Shown one piece after another: positions 1-14,344 of a stretch of DNA of 64,000 nt (position 1 is the first letter of the stretch; each line of letters begins with the position of its first letter). This DNA comes from Sphaerodactylus townsendi (lineage: Eukaryota), in contig NC_059438.1 of NCBI RefSeq assembly GCF_021028975.2, positions 6,634,001-6,698,000 of the forward strand, read 5' to 3'. A program made the position numbers and the translations under genes. The notes under the pieces are model-generated. The model did not search any database. It was not told where the DNA came from and worked only from the letters and a program-made list of their open reading frames with translations.

Positions 1-216
1 CCACAACAGACACCTTGTGAGGCAGGTAGGGTTGAGAGAGTTCCAAAGAGCTGTGATAGCCCAAGGTCATCCAGTAGGAATGTAGGAGTGCGGAAACACA
101 ACTGGTTCACCAAATAAGCCTCTGACACTCCTCCGCCATTCAGGTGGAGGAGGGGGGAATCAAACCCAGTTCTCCAGATTAGAATCCACCTGCTCTTAAC
201 CAATACACCACGCTGG
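1..216 (-). mobile_element. Squam3-like tRNA-derived SINE (partial)
   Basis: Minus strand starts ccagcgtggtgtattggttaagagcagg with A/B-box-like motifs. Confidence 0.8.
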
Positions 217-1430
217 AGGAAGGGAAAATTGTGTGTTGTTTTGGGTCCCCACTGAGGAAAAAAAACGAACCAAAATAGTTAAATAAATAGAGTACTTGCT
301 TCTCCTGGCAACCAAACCTCGTTTAGGAAATGACACACATTCCTGTGTGGATAGTCCTTCATTCATGCATGAGATTATGGCTGACGCAAGAACCCTACGT
401 AAATAGTGTACAAAAATTCGCTCACCCAGTACAAATCAGAGGGAAAGGCAGCATTCCCCAGTTCAAACCCCAATCAACAGGAAGACCTGATGCATCCCTT
501 CTAGCGAAGAATTTGGACTCTTTCCAGACTTCTAAGTTTCCATGAGGTCCTTTTCCTATATCTTTTCCACTCTTCCCCATAACTGATCCTCCCCCCAAAT
601 TAAGATTTTTTTTCTAAAGAATCTGTAGAAACTTTCTAACTATGGAACATTTTTTTTGCTTTGAACATCTAAGCTAAGAAGAAGAGGAACAGGAAGATGA
701 ATGCTTGTTTACATTAAAGACAAGTCAGTTGCCAACACTTAAAAAAATGGAGGCACCTGGGCAGGATCTTTGAGGTAGAATCCAGAAGGTGTTTGGGAAG
801 TGCTGTTGCGGGGTGGGATAGGGGACAAAATTCTTGGGGTCATGTGATTTCTTTTCGTGTGATGTCTGAGTTGGGTCTCTGTAGAATAGCTGAACACCCA
901 GAGAGAAACTTCGTCTGGAGCCCTTGGTGATTTGGGGAGGATTAAGTCTAGGAATGGAAGTGAGTGAGTTTGGGTAGGTTCAGGAATGGAACAAAATACA
1001 ACTCCGGTGGAGGCAACAAATGGATTCCAACTTGATTCATTTTCCTTGCAGTAGTTATACGTTTGTTTCTGTCCATGTCCATCCGCACTGAATAAAATGA
1101 CATTACTTCTCAATAGATCTGCTTATTGCTTCCTTAGATGCTCAGAGTCCATCCAATTAAAAAAAACTAATCTCCTCTCATAACATTTTGATTCCCCCTA
1201 CATGTGCTTAAAGTGCTCAAATGGTTGAGCCCAACATTTTCCCCTCTAAAATTTAGGCATGCAGGGCATGATCTCAGCAGGGCATAATACCATAGAGGCC
1301 ATCTTCCAAAGCAGCTGTTTTCACCAGGAGAATGGATATTGGTTATCTGGAGATCAACTGTAATAGCAAGAGATCTCCAGGTGCCATCTGGATATTAACA
1401 ACCCTAGAGGGGAGGAATTTCAATAGGGTA

Positions 1431-1860
1431 TCATAGAATCATAGAGTTGGAAGAGATCTCAAGGGCCATCAAGTCCAACTCCTGCAATGCAGGAATACAT
1501 AATCAAAAGCACTCCTGACAGATGGCCATTCAGCCTCTCTTTAAAAACCTCCAAAGAAAGAGACTCCACCACACTTCGAGGTAGTGCATTCCACTGTCGA
1601 ACAACCCTTACTGTCAGGAAGTTTTTCCTGATCTTTAGGTGGAATCTCTTTTCCTTCACCCATTACTCCTGGTCCTAGTCTCTGGAGCAGCAGAAAATAA
1701 GCTTGCTCCCTCACCAACATGACATCCCTTCAAATATCTAAACATGGCTATCATGTCACCTCTTAACCTTCTTTTCACCAAACTAAACATCCCCAGCTCC
1801 CTAAGTCTATCCTCGTAGGGCATGGATTCCAGACCTTTTACCATTTTGGTTGCCCTCCTC
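1431..1860 (-). mobile_element. CR1 LINE 3' fragment
   Basis: [32 protein letters not shown]...RKNFLTVRVVRQWNALP is CR1 ORF2 C-terminus; ATTCTATG-type tail. Confidence 0.92.
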
Positions 1861-4082
1861 TAGATCTCTGGGTATAATACAGTCCATCTTCCAAAGTGGC
1901 CATTTTCTCCAGAATCAGTTTCAATAGCAGGAGATCTCCAGCCACCAAGTCTGACAACCTTAAATGAGGTTGCAACACTGCTTTGTTGCATGTACATTTA
2001 ACAGTTTGTAATGTCTAAATGGGGGTAGGGGAGCAGATTGCAGGATAAGGCGAAGTAAGAGTTAAGTGCCTGGACAGTTCGCCATTTCTTTCTCTGTGCC
2101 AATGCTTCTCTCCTCCTGCTTTGCATGGTGGTAGTGAGCACAGGACTAGGAAGCATTTGTTTCTGGCCAAATGTGTCTGTTCCAGCCTCTGGTTAAAACG
2201 CAAATAAGGAACAGGTTAAGAAGAAAGATGTGGTGATCTCAAATCACTGAGTGTACAAATTGAAAGGGCCTCAGACCACATGGGTTTCTTTCCAGAAGGG
2301 TTACAAGAGGCCAGATAAGGTACATGAATACCCAGCTTCAGTTCCCTCAGGGGAAAGAGCTCAGCAAAGCAACAAACAACAAAAGGGCTTTTCTATTGCA
2401 GCGTGGACTCCGAGGTCTGGGGTGTGCGTGCGGGCACACTCGTTGCCAGCCAAGGGGCCAAGTCATATGGCAGAGATGGATCAGCATCATTTATGGGAAA
2501 ACATCAGCAGATGAAAGCAGCAAGCCAATGTCAGACTGGACTATCGTCAGCAGCTAGCTGGTGACTTTTCAAAACCAGCACAAAGCTTTAATCACAAGAT
2601 CCACAGTTTGGACAAGCAGAGCTTGCAAAGTTCCCCTTTTCTCCTTCCTGGGCCTGCTTCTGTGCCTCTAACATTAATCTGAGGAATTAAACGTCTGAAG
2701 GTATGCGTCCCCCTCCCGTTACTGCATTGCTATGCCAGAAAAAGTGTCACCTGCAAACATTCTGTGTGCCATGAAAAGAGGCAAGACCAGGACATTAGAA
2801 CGTCACAATATGTTTTTACACTGGAACAAGTGTATCCAATTCTCTTCCAGTAGTACCTGATATTTTGCTTACAGGTGCCAACAGACCTGGAGAAAAAGCC
2901 CCCTCTCAGATCCCTCCCCTGAAATGCAGATTTTTCCAGCACTTTTCAGATCGTTTTGGCCCACCACCTAAACAAAAGAAAAGAAAACCTCTCCCCCTCC
3001 CTCACTGGCAGTCTGGTCAGGTGCAGCATTCAACTCTGTGCCTGCCTCTGAAATCCACATGGGTCTTGGAGGCAGCAGGTGACATGGGGCTGCTCCCCAC
3101 TCACCATAAGCCGCGGGGTCACCTCTTGATCAGACGCGGGGATCCTGGACGTTCCCCACATCACCAGCAGCCACTGCGCAGCTGCCCAGAATTTGCTGCT
3201 CTCCCACCTCCCTGGCACGCGTCAAATTAGGTCCTCTTCAAAGAGCAACATGGATTCAGCTCTGACCCAGGTAGAGTCAGAGACAGGTGTATTTTTTGGG
3301 TTCAGGTTCTATAACCTCAATTTAAAAAAAACCCCGAAAAGGCCAATATGCAGCATTGGCTTTTTTTTCAAGTATTTTGAAAATTTCCAGGTCGAATAAT
3401 TCCAAATATACCAATACCTTTTTTTACCTGCCCCTATCTACAACTCGACTGCTATTTCTTTATCTACTGAATGACCCATCTGCCTTGAGTCTCAGTGTGA
3501 AAGGTGGGCTATAAATAAATAAGGTAAATAAGTAAATAAACAAACATTATTGGTTTTAAATGCTGAGTGTAAGCCGCTTTAGACATCGTTTGCCCAAAAT
3601 TTGCTTGAGTTGTCCAGAAAAAATGGGGTATACATGTAATGGAATAAAGTGAGTGAATAAAAAAATAAATAAATAGCCAGGGCAGAAATATTTGGGCTAA
3701 TTATACAAGAGTTATGAGGACTAGAATTCCTCCGGGTGGAGAGAGGGGTTTGATGACAGACACATTGGGGACCTGGCTGGGAACGTAGCCAATAGTAAAA
3801 GAGTTACATAACATGTAATCTTGAGTAGGCATGGTGAGAGTGCTGAGTGTCTGGTATTAGCAGAGGTTATGACTCAACAACAGGAAGAAAATCTGAACTT
3901 TGCTGCTGAACATGTGAAACTCCCTTAAACTGAGTCAGACCACTGATCACAATTGTCTTCTTTAGCTGGCAGTCTGAGGTCTCAAGCAGAGGTTTTTAGC
4001 TGGAGATACCAACAACTGTACCTGGGACCTTCTGCATGAGAATCAGAAGCTTTACTGCCAAGCCACTGCCCCTCCTCTAGGA

Positions 4083-4229
4083 CACAGGGGTCAAACTTGC
4101 AGCCCTCCAGATGTTCATGAACTACAATTCCCATCATCCCTTGCCAATATAGCCAATGCTCATGTTGGAAAGGACTAATGGGAATTGTAGTACATGAACA
4201 TCTGGAGGGCCGCAAGTTCAACACTCCTG
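4083..4229. mobile_element. Palindromic hAT MITE (actacaattcccatc family)
   Basis: Hairpin; TSD ctctagga on both sides. Confidence 0.85.
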
Positions 4230-7200
4230 CTCTAGGAGGATGCAATAAACCTGGGGTGGGAACGAGGAAACCCTAAAGTGAAGTTGCCCCAGTCTAATTC
4301 CCTCTAAACATTTTTTGGGAGAATTGCGCTATCAGTGATTCTTTTGTTTTACCTCGTGTTGCAGCGAATGGCTGGCCAGGAATTGCTTCAATTGGCCGTC
4401 CTTCCTTGTGTTTGTAGAGGTCACACCTCTCCACTGCATAGCCACGCAGGGTCACAGGGACGTCAGCATGGCTGTGGTGGTCCATGCAGTGGTGGGATTC
4501 AAATAATTTAACAACTGGTTGTATACAAGAACCATTTTAACAACTGGTTCTGCCAAAGTGGTGTGAACCACTGGGTCCATGCCCGCATGGGAGCTGAGGG
4601 AGGAAGGTAACAAAAAAACCCTGCGCCTCCGTGCGAAGGCGCAATAGCAACCTGCATTGGTTTCACGGGTCCTGTTCGCTGCCTACACGGAGACATGTGA
4701 ATGCAAAAACAGGAGAGTGGGTTATTTTATCCTGACTGCAACCCACTCTGCCAGTGCTGTGCGGAAGGGCCTCGGAGATAACCAAGGTGTTTTTTGTAGT
4801 TGTTCTTGCCCTGACCTGGATGGCCCAGACTAGGTTCATCTTGTCAGATCTCAGAAGCAAAGCAGAGTCAATCCTGGTTAGCATTTGGATGAGAGACCCC
4901 CAAGAAATACCAGAATTAGTATACAAAGGAAGGTTAAACTTTTTGTTGGATCAGTGGGAAACAGCAGAATTACATGCTTCTAAGTCCATTAAAATGGGCT
5001 TAGAGGGGTGTAACTCTGTTAAGAGATGGTGCTGTAATAGTGCTGGGAAATCACAAGGATATTTCTTAGGAATATGACTCATCAAAGGATAGAAGCATCT
5101 TAGAGATCCTCGTTGCTGCAAGAGGTTGGCTGCCTGTTGGGCCCACCCAGTGTTCCTTGCTGGCTGCCTAAAGGGCCACCTTGTGATCTGGCCCGATGGT
5201 GCGGTGAAGCCATCTGAGAGCCCCTTTCTGTTTGATAAGTCGCCTAGGAATGTAAGGCTTTTGGCCAATTGTAACTAAATTATCTAAATAAGCACCAGCA
5301 GATTAAAATCTTGTTCCCAGCCAATTTTTATTTTGTTGGCACTGGGATCAGTAACGAACCTTTAATCATGGGTTGGGGAATGTTGCTGCAACATCAGCCT
5401 GTTCGGCACAAGTTTTAATTATCCTGCCGCCAAATGCTATGACTTTTCTTGGTGGTATTTCCACATGTTTCCCCCAATTTGGTTCTGGAAATGTTTCCAG
5501 TTAACTTTTTCTCCCATGTTTTCATGAACACTTTTACCGCAATGTTTCCCCCAAAGTTTCCGAGTCAGCTTCCCTTCAGCATGTGATCATATTGCTTCGT
5601 TATTTATTTCTCCACTCCATCAAACAGCCAGCCCCTATCCATGCCCCTTTGTAGTCCACAAACCTCCCTCTCAGCTATTTTCTCTTTTCCATTGTCAGCA
5701 ATTTTCCCCCATCCCCTCCCTCCAGCCATTTTCCCCTCACATTTTTTCTGTATTTTCAATGTGAGATTACTGATAGAGAACTAGTGAAAACAAAACAAGT
5801 GAGCACCATGCTTACCTTCCTGTTGCTGTGGGGAAAGTCCAGGGATTCATGAAGAACAGCTGATTTTCCCCCCGGGTGCTAGAGTTTGCAGAGAGCTGCT
5901 TCTGCAAGAAATCTACAGGAGAAGTTTAACAATTGTCAGATCTCAGAAGCAAAGGAGGGTGCCAGACCAAAACATTTCTTTTTACCCAAACTTTTAACTA
6001 AAGGGTTCCAACGTCTTTAGCTGTTTTTATGGTCTACTTTGAACCTGAGGACTGTTTTAACAAACAGAATATTAGGCTGTCTGAATGTGTGGGTTTTGCT
6101 TCTTTTTATTATTTGTTTTGCTATTGGTAGTTTTTATGGTGTTGTTTTTAGCTTGTGAACTGCCTCAAGCGGCTCTCTGAAAAGACAATATGTAAATTTC
6201 CCAGGTTTTTTTTGCTTTGTTGTAGGCATTTATCAAATGCATTTAATTCTTCATTCTTAAAACCATGAGTTCCTCAAAAATTTTGAATGTGTTTTTTTTG
6301 CCTCTTTTTGCTACTTGTTTTACTACTGGTGATTTTTATGGTTGTTTATTATTTTATGGTTATGGTTATGATTTTATAATGTTGTTTTTAGCTTGTGAAG
6401 CATATCTCTGAAGAGGTAGTATGTAAATATCCTATTTTTTGCTTTGCTGTAGGCATTTATCCAATGCAATTAATTCTTAAATTTAGTTCCTCTAAATCTT
6501 TAAGCATTGCTTTGCTTTTCTGTTGGTGCTTTAGCTCCTTTAACATTGGAACTGATTCCTGCTTGGTTTTGGTTGTGAGTGCTATCATGCGTTTTGATAT
6601 TTATGATGATTCTTCTTATAAATATGTCAATGGTACCCCACATGATCTGTGATACATCCAATGCAATGTCAAAGCAAAACCCCAACCGCCCTCTACTATA
6701 AATAGACGATTGCTTGAATGGGATTACACGCATGACCATGACTCTGCACTTTTGCTTTTATTGCTAACTTGATGCTAAAAGAGAAAAACTGAAAGTTAAT
6801 GAATGAAAGGTTGGCGACTGTTTGATCAAAACTATTAGCAAATGGGGTTTTCCTACTTCTCTTTTCAGGCCTGCCATCTCCTATGATTAGAAGCAACATA
6901 GTTCAGACTGAATCCAACCTGAAATCAGATGAAGATAAAGACCGTGCTGGGTTGGCCCAAATCACATGGGGTCAAATAAAATTGTGACAGACAGGAGGGC
7001 AGTGGGCACAACATCAGCTGCATTTTCTATGTAATTTCTGGGCAAAACCCCAGAAGAGACATAATGTAGTTCTAGGAATCATTAGAAACTCTATGGTAAA
7101 ACCAGCAATTCCAAAAGCTACCCAATGACACTTTGGGGTTTTCCCTGTGAATGGTATAATAGCACAGCTGATGTGACCTTTGAAAACAAGTTGCTTCTGT

Positions 7201-9486
7201 CACCATTCTGAGCAGCAGTGGGCAACTAGCAGCCTAACAGGCACCCACTTAGCTTGGCTGTCACTGTGATCCCAAACTATAATGATAACATACGCATAGC
7301 CTATGCAGGGTCCAATGCATGCAGGGCCCACTATATGTTATGCTTTTGATGAGTTGCACTTGGGTTCTCTGGACCCTTTCTCTCACAGTCACACAGCAGC
7401 TGTGGGGAAATATATTTTTAAATTACCCAGAAGGCCCACGATACATTAACTAGGAATATAACCTCACCAAAGAAGACCTTCAGACAAAAAGCTTTGTTAG
7501 ACCTGGCCCAAATAACACGGGGTCCCTCAAGAAAGTATAATTGTGGACAGGGTCCCTCAAGGAAGTATAATTTTTGTCCACAAAGTTCATAAAAGCGGGC
7601 AATTCACAACCAGTTTATGGCAACCCAGCAAGAGGCTTTCAAGGTAAGTAAGAAGCAGAAGTCGTTTGCCACTACTTTCCTCTGCAGGGTCTTCCTTGAG
7701 GGTCTCCCATCCAAGTATCAATACTATCAACCTTTCTTAGCTTCTGAGATCTGACAAGATCAGGCTACCCCATGGTGCCTTTTCTCCCTGTGCAAGGTCT
7801 TACTCAGAACAAAACTGAAGGGCCAAATCATACAAAACATGTTTTAATTAGTTGGGTCCGGAGTTTCTAAGGTCAGGATATTCCTGACCCAACTCACCTT
7901 CCCCACAGTCACACAACAGCTGCAGAGAATGTATACTGAAAACTCATCCCCCAAATCTCTAGAAGTTTCCCAACCTGAATCTGGCAATCCTGTCCCCGCA
8001 AGCTCCATTGGTAGTGAGTGGGAGGGGAGACCTGGCAACTCTACTGAGGTCTACTGAGGTCTAATTTGACTCAAGATTGTGACATGGAGAAAGAGGGGGG
8101 AGAGGCTCCTGCTGCCTCCCCACCATGCCACTTTCCAGAGCCAAAACAGCCCCAGGAGACGTTATTTGCCCTTCTTTGGAGTAAGAGGATTACAGTGATG
8201 TGGGGTTGGTTTTTTTGAGGTGAACAAAGCTCTTAGACCTTTTCAAAAACTGAGTGCATTTAAATTGGTCTTAATAAATAAAACGGGGTTTTGGAGGGGG
8301 GCGGGGTAGTAATTTAGGATTGCTATGATAATCCACCAAAAAGAAAATCAATATTTACCTTCACAAACTCCTTATCATTAATCCGTTTCAGGAAGTTGCC
8401 AATTATAATCTGTGGATCAGTTAATTATTACACTGTAGCTGATATCAAACTGAGTTGCATAACACATGGATTGCATATTTTTTATTTTTTTACCATCTTG
8501 TAGGGAATATTTAACTGTAAAGAAAGGGGTTGGGCTGTGCACAAGTGAAATACCTCACCGATTCAGTCGCTAACTGACTGGGAGCACTTGAATTAAAATA
8601 TTCCCACAAAGAACGAATGCTTTAAATGCATATACATGATGTAACCCAATCTACTTTGAAAATATGAGAATTGTAGCCGGGATCACCAGGAAAAACTAAT
8701 TTTATTAATGAACTTTTTGCACTGAAAGGATGCATGGATGAGATGCAACTTCATGGAAATATTCCGCAAATGGTGGCAGTACAGAGCCTCTTGCACTACA
8801 CAGACAAAAAAAGCCAAAATGGGTCATTTTAAAACGTCTGCAAGATGTTCTGTTTGTGCTGTTCACAAATAAAGGGCCACCATCAAGTAACAGTTCTATG
8901 AAACACACACAGCCTTACCTTTAAACTAGACTTGGTAGGACCTGGCAGTTATTTCATGAGAGTTAATTACAGGTATGTGATGTAGTGATGGCGCCCACAC
9001 CTTGGCACCCTGAGCATACAAGTTCCCTAAAACCCGTTTTAATTCCAGAGCAATTCACAGTACAACAGGTTATTAATGAGGGTGTGCCATACAAAATCCC
9101 CAACAGCACACATTCCATCCGAAATTCAAAAGCATTCCTAGGAACTCTGGAAGGTATTAACCGCTTAATCTAATCTAATTCCATGCGGCGTACCATTTTT
9201 CATGTTCAAGAATGAGTGACACAAAATAATCTATGGAGGGAGGGGGTCATATGAGACCCGATTCACATTCAACCTGTCTTCAAAGTGTGGACCAAAGCAG
9301 CTCACATCATTCTCTTCGCCTCCTTTTTATCCTCACAACAACCCTGAGAGGTTGGTTAGCCTGAAAGAATGTGACTAACTAAAATCACCCAGCGAGCTTC
9401 CACAGCAGGATGGACAATGTATACTGTTCTTGGTCTCCATTAGGTTGAAAAGTAAATTAAGTTGTAAATAAAACAGACCACCCACC

Positions 9487-9584
9487 CAGTGGTGGGATTC
9501 AGCAGGTTCGCACCACTTCGGCAGAACCAGTTGTTAAAATGGTGCTTGTATACAATTAGTTAAATTATTTGAATCCCACCACTG
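9487..9584. mobile_element. 98-bp hAT MITE (CAGTGGTGGGATTC TIR)
   Basis: TIRs plus perfect TSD cacccacc. A related copy starts at 4487. Confidence 0.85.
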
Positions 9585-10447
9585 CACCCACCCCCCACCG
9601 CGTGTTTGACTTCTGAGGCAATAAAGATGCCCCCCCCCCCAATCTCTTGTTTCCTCTTGTACACTCTCTTGAAAACATGTGGTTTTGAGGTGGTATTTAA
9701 ACAAATACCCATAAATACATCTACTGGGGTTCTTTGCATTAGAATGACTGAATTTGCACAAACTACTGGAATCTTGTCTTGGTTTATAAGTTATTTCTAA
9801 AACATAGTTTATCGAGAATTTATCAAATAGTTTCCTTCACTTCCTTTCAGATGTAGTCCCTTCTCCATACACACCCCGGCAATGTGCCCCAGTAGATGGT
9901 TCTGCTTGTGTGAGCCTGGGACAAACCCATGCATTTCTCTGTCTTGACTTAAGTGGATTCACTTCAGGGCTGTTTTTAATTTGAGCAGAAATGTTAAGCC
10001 AAGTGCCTATAAAATCCAGAGATAATTATCTGAAGTCTGAGCAGATCCTCCTGATTCTGTTATCTCCTTCAGCTAAAAGGATGTGGTGCTGGCTCCAGTT
10101 AAGGGTGTGGCGCCGGCTCCAGCGAGTTTATATTTTATATCTTTGTTACATTTTCAGCATAGGGTGAATTCCTACACAGCGCTGCATAAGTATGTGCTAT
10201 ATAACCGCATATGTTAATGACAATAAATCTGTTGGAATTTCCAGCCTCGCTTTGCATGCAACAGCAGCAAGAGCAGCATGGAATTCTGGGAAGCTGCACG
10301 AACATTCCAAAGGTGACAGTTAAAATCCGTTGATAGTGTTCTGTTCCCTCAACACACACTCTGAGACTGCCTGACTAACTTAAAGAAAGATGCTCTGTAT
10401 ACTGCTGTAAACCAAATTATATATAAATGTGCTCTGACTATATAGAC

Positions 10448-10890
10448 CAGGGGTAGGGAACCTGCGGCTCGAGAGCCGCATGCGGCTCTTCTGCCCTTGC
10501 ACTGCGGCTCCATGAGCTGAGCCGCTGGCCCCATCCTTGTCCACCCTGCAGGCAGCAGGGCGGATCGCGATTAACTGCCCGCAGCCGGGCATGGTCACAC
10601 GCTGGCCGGGCTTCCCCTCTCACTTGCCCCATTGGAGCGGGGCGGGTGCTTTCCCGGCGGCCGGCGAGACCGAGCCGCTGGCTTCATCCTTGCCTGCCCT
10701 GCAGGCAGCAGGGTGGATGCATCCATGCACTTCTCAGAATGAGTGGAGTAAAAGGTAAAAAAAAAACCCAATATATACAGTGTTATCTTTATTTTAAATG
10801 TCAAAAATTATTTGCGGCTCCAAGTGTTTTCTTTTCCCATGGAAAACGGGTCCAAATGGCTCTTTGAGTGTTAAAGGTTCCCTACCCCTG
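10448..10890 (+). mobile_element. Non-autonomous hAT (Charlie-like) element, 443 bp
   Basis: TIR CAGGGGTAGGGAACC at both ends; perfect 8-bp TSD atatagac. Confidence 0.92.
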
Positions 10891-12819
10891 ATATAGACTA
10901 AAAGATATTGTAACACAACCATACTGTAACAAACCATTAGCTGTGCATATAACCAGTATTTGTGATACTGTGTGTTTTCTCTCTCAAGGGTGCCAACTTC
11001 AATGGCCTGGCGATTGAACTCTTCTCCAGAGGCCTTCACATATGTGCCTCCACCTTCAGAGCTAAGGTGGAGGCTGACCAGAATCAGGGCGTGTTTTTTT
11101 TTTTTTGCAGTTAGCAAAACCTGCCCTACAGTGGTACCAAGCTAATTAAGTATTAGGCATGAGGTTAAAAACCATATTTTCCTGTGTGGCCGATTACCCA
11201 CTGCAGGCTGTTGCCAGCCCTCACCCTGCTCTGGCACGAAAAGTCGCACCAGAAGTATCAGGAAGAAATGTGTGGGGCAAGAGGAAGAAATAAGAAACCC
11301 TGCCCCAACGCACGCCTTCTCTCAGCGTGCCTCAAAGAGGAAGCATGTCGGGACAAGATTTCTTGCCCTGACACAATTCCAGTCCCACTGCACTGCGCGC
11401 CAGAGCACCAGTGGGTTGCAGAATCCCAGATTTTGTTTCCCCATGGGGAGATCAAACCCGTTGTTCTTGGAATGCTCTGAAAAGCCAGAGGGGTATGGTT
11501 CAGACAGCTGCCAGTTTATGGTGCCCTCTCTCAGCACTGCACCAGTTTGGCACCAGTTATATTCTGACCTTTTTCCATGGCAAGACCAGTCCTTTGGAAT
11601 GGATTGCCAGAGTGGCTGTGAAGGGCACATGCCTTCTCTACATTCAGAGAGAAGTCTCATTGCACAAGAAGTGAGTTGTGAGTCAGTGCTCCCTGCCCTG
11701 ACTTGCAGTCACACATATGATGGGAAGGGGGGGGGGGGTTCACTTAAAAAAACAAGATGGGGCTCGATTCTGCTCTGGAGGGGGCACACTCAATCTTGCT
11801 GAATCCCCTCCTTACTTCAGCCCTCAACCTTCATGGCTTTTGTCCATGCAGGTCCCACCTCTAGCACAGAAAATTCTGGTAGTCCTCGTTCCTCTTTAGA
11901 AAGCCCAAAATCTGGCTAGTTCCCATCCATTAAGGTTCTTTGTGCTCTGCTCTTCATTAGAACTGCAACTTATTTGCAATGAATTGATTGGCTTAATGAA
12001 ATTTGTGATCTTTTGGAAAAGGCAGAAGAACTTCTTTTTTGAAAGGAGAACCTGGGAGGGGCATTTTCAATCAGGGAAATGGTGCAGCTGGAGAAAAATA
12101 GGAAGAAAGAAACCCTGCCTTTTCTACTGCTACAATCGTGATTGGACACACATCCCCAACAGCTACTTTTAAGAACCATAGAAGTAGAGAACCTGCAAAG
12201 ACTTGCGTGGGGGCGGCGGTCATTTCTCCTCTCCCTTTTGCTTCCCCGCTCCCTTTCATGGCAGTACCTGCAACTTCTTTCCCCCTCAATCTTAAATTTT
12301 CCCCTTTTTCCCTTTCTTCATCTTTCTTTTCCTTCCTGCCCCCCTACTTACCTACCTACCCTCCCGCCTGCTTTTTTGTTTCTCCCTGGCCAACTAACTT
12401 TCTTCTCCCGCCATTTTTCTATCCGTCTTCAGCCTCTCCTGTTTCCTTTTTTTTTTGCTTCTAACCTTCCAGATTTATCCCCCCTCTTCCATGCCAACAT
12501 TTAACTGAGGCTTAGAGGCCTTAGTATCAGCTGAAGGTTGCATAGCAACCTTCAAAATAGCCACTGAGACCTCACGGCATTGTCTCGACATTTCAGAGTC
12601 ACATTTTTCTTAAAGTAGACACATCGAAGATTTTTTTGGGGGGGGGGAGAGGGGTTTAACCCCAATTAATTTTATTCTATATTCCCCCCCCTTGAAAAAT
12701 AGGGGGGCCCTACCCCCAGAGATGTGGAAAAGGTTGGTGTTCCAATCATAGAACTCAAATGTCAAATACACTTAGACCCTAAGTTATTAATTGGTTTGGG
12801 ATGATGAAACAAGCTAAAT

Positions 12820-13264
12820 CAGGGGTAGGGAACCTTTAACACTCAAAGAGCCATTTGGATCCGTTTTCCATGGGAAAAGAAAACACTTGGAGCAGCAAAT
12901 AATTTTTGACATTTAAAATAAAGATAACACTATATATATAGGGTTTTTTAAACCTTTTTACTCCCTTCCTTTATTCTTGGAGAAGTTTTACATTGGATGC
13001 GCCTCAAACCCTGTTGCCTTGCCTTTGCTCAGCCTTCTGCCGGCCGCTGGGACAGACTCACGCCTCCCTGGCCTAACCAACGGGGTGGAAGCAGAGAGGG
13101 GAAACAAGCATGGCGCCTGCTCCAGCTGACCATGGGCACTTGGTGTGCCCGCCCTGCAGGCAGCAGGGTGGGCAAGGATGGGGCCAGCGGCTCAGCTCGT
13201 GGAGCCCCAGTGCAAGGGCCGAAGAGCCGCATGCGGCTCTCGAGCCGCAGGTTCCCTACCCCTG
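12820..13264 (-). mobile_element. Non-autonomous hAT element, 445 bp, inverted relative of 10448-10890
   Basis: Same TIRs; perfect TSD agctaaat; shared subterminal arms. Confidence 0.92.
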
Positions 13265-14344
13265 AGCTAAATGCATAACTATTGTAATTGTGTAGACTTG
13301 TGAGGAGGATCAGCATAATTATACTCACCTTATTCCCAATTGTGGAAGGGTAGGCTAGGGTAGGGAACTCCGGCTCTCCTAGATGTTCAGGGAACCTAAA
13401 TTCCTATCAGTCTCCTATAGATCAGCCCATCAGCCACTCATATTAGCCATGCTAGGGGCTGATGGGAAATTGTAGTTCCTGAACATCTGAGAGTCAGCAG
13501 GTTCCCTAAACCCCTGGTGTGGTGGCTCTTTACTCTATAGGAGCCCCTGTGTTGTAAACTCTGGGCTTATTTACATGAATGACAGCGGGACTAGGGGGTT
13601 CCAGATTTATGGCTCAGTCTCTTAGCATTTTCTTTCTCCTCCTTAAAACATCAACATCCAAGAGAATTCCAATGTGAGAATATGAATGGGTGTGTGTGTG
13701 TGTGGGGGGGGTTATTTTGCAAGTAGGTTTTAAGTCCCCTTCCCTCCCACTTCATTGAAGCTCTGCCTGCATATATCCAGAAAAATTGTAAAAAAAAATT
13801 GTATAGTACTTTTATCAGTACTAACTCCAACGATACACTGTACAAGCTTTCAGGTACACTGACATTTGTCAAAAGATTAGGTGGTGAAAACTAAAATGAC
13901 ACTATTAAGGAGGATGGGGAGTACGTATCTTAGGACATGATCTTAAAATGTAAGCAGATTCTCTTCTTTGAGAATTTTGCTTTGGACCAGAGCTGTGGCT
14001 TCTACAGTTAAGGAAAGTAGCTCCACCTTGTGGCTGTAGGTCTCCATTGCACGATTCCTCCTTTCCCAGTGTGTACACAGGAAAGCTAGGGTAGCCATCT
14101 CTTAGTTAGGAAATTCCTGGAGATCTGGAAGATGGTGCATGCAGAGGGTGGGTTTTAGGGTGGGTCCTCCTAGGCAAAAGACCATAGAGTCCACTCTCCA
14201 AAGTTGCCATTTTCTCCAGAGGAACTGATCTCTCTAATCTGGAGATCTGTTGGAATTTTTGGACATCTGATCCCAAATGGAAGTGGAAGCAGGGAGACCA
14301 GCAAGAAAGTCCAGGGTTGCTGGGCAGAGGAGGAGGAGCAGCAG

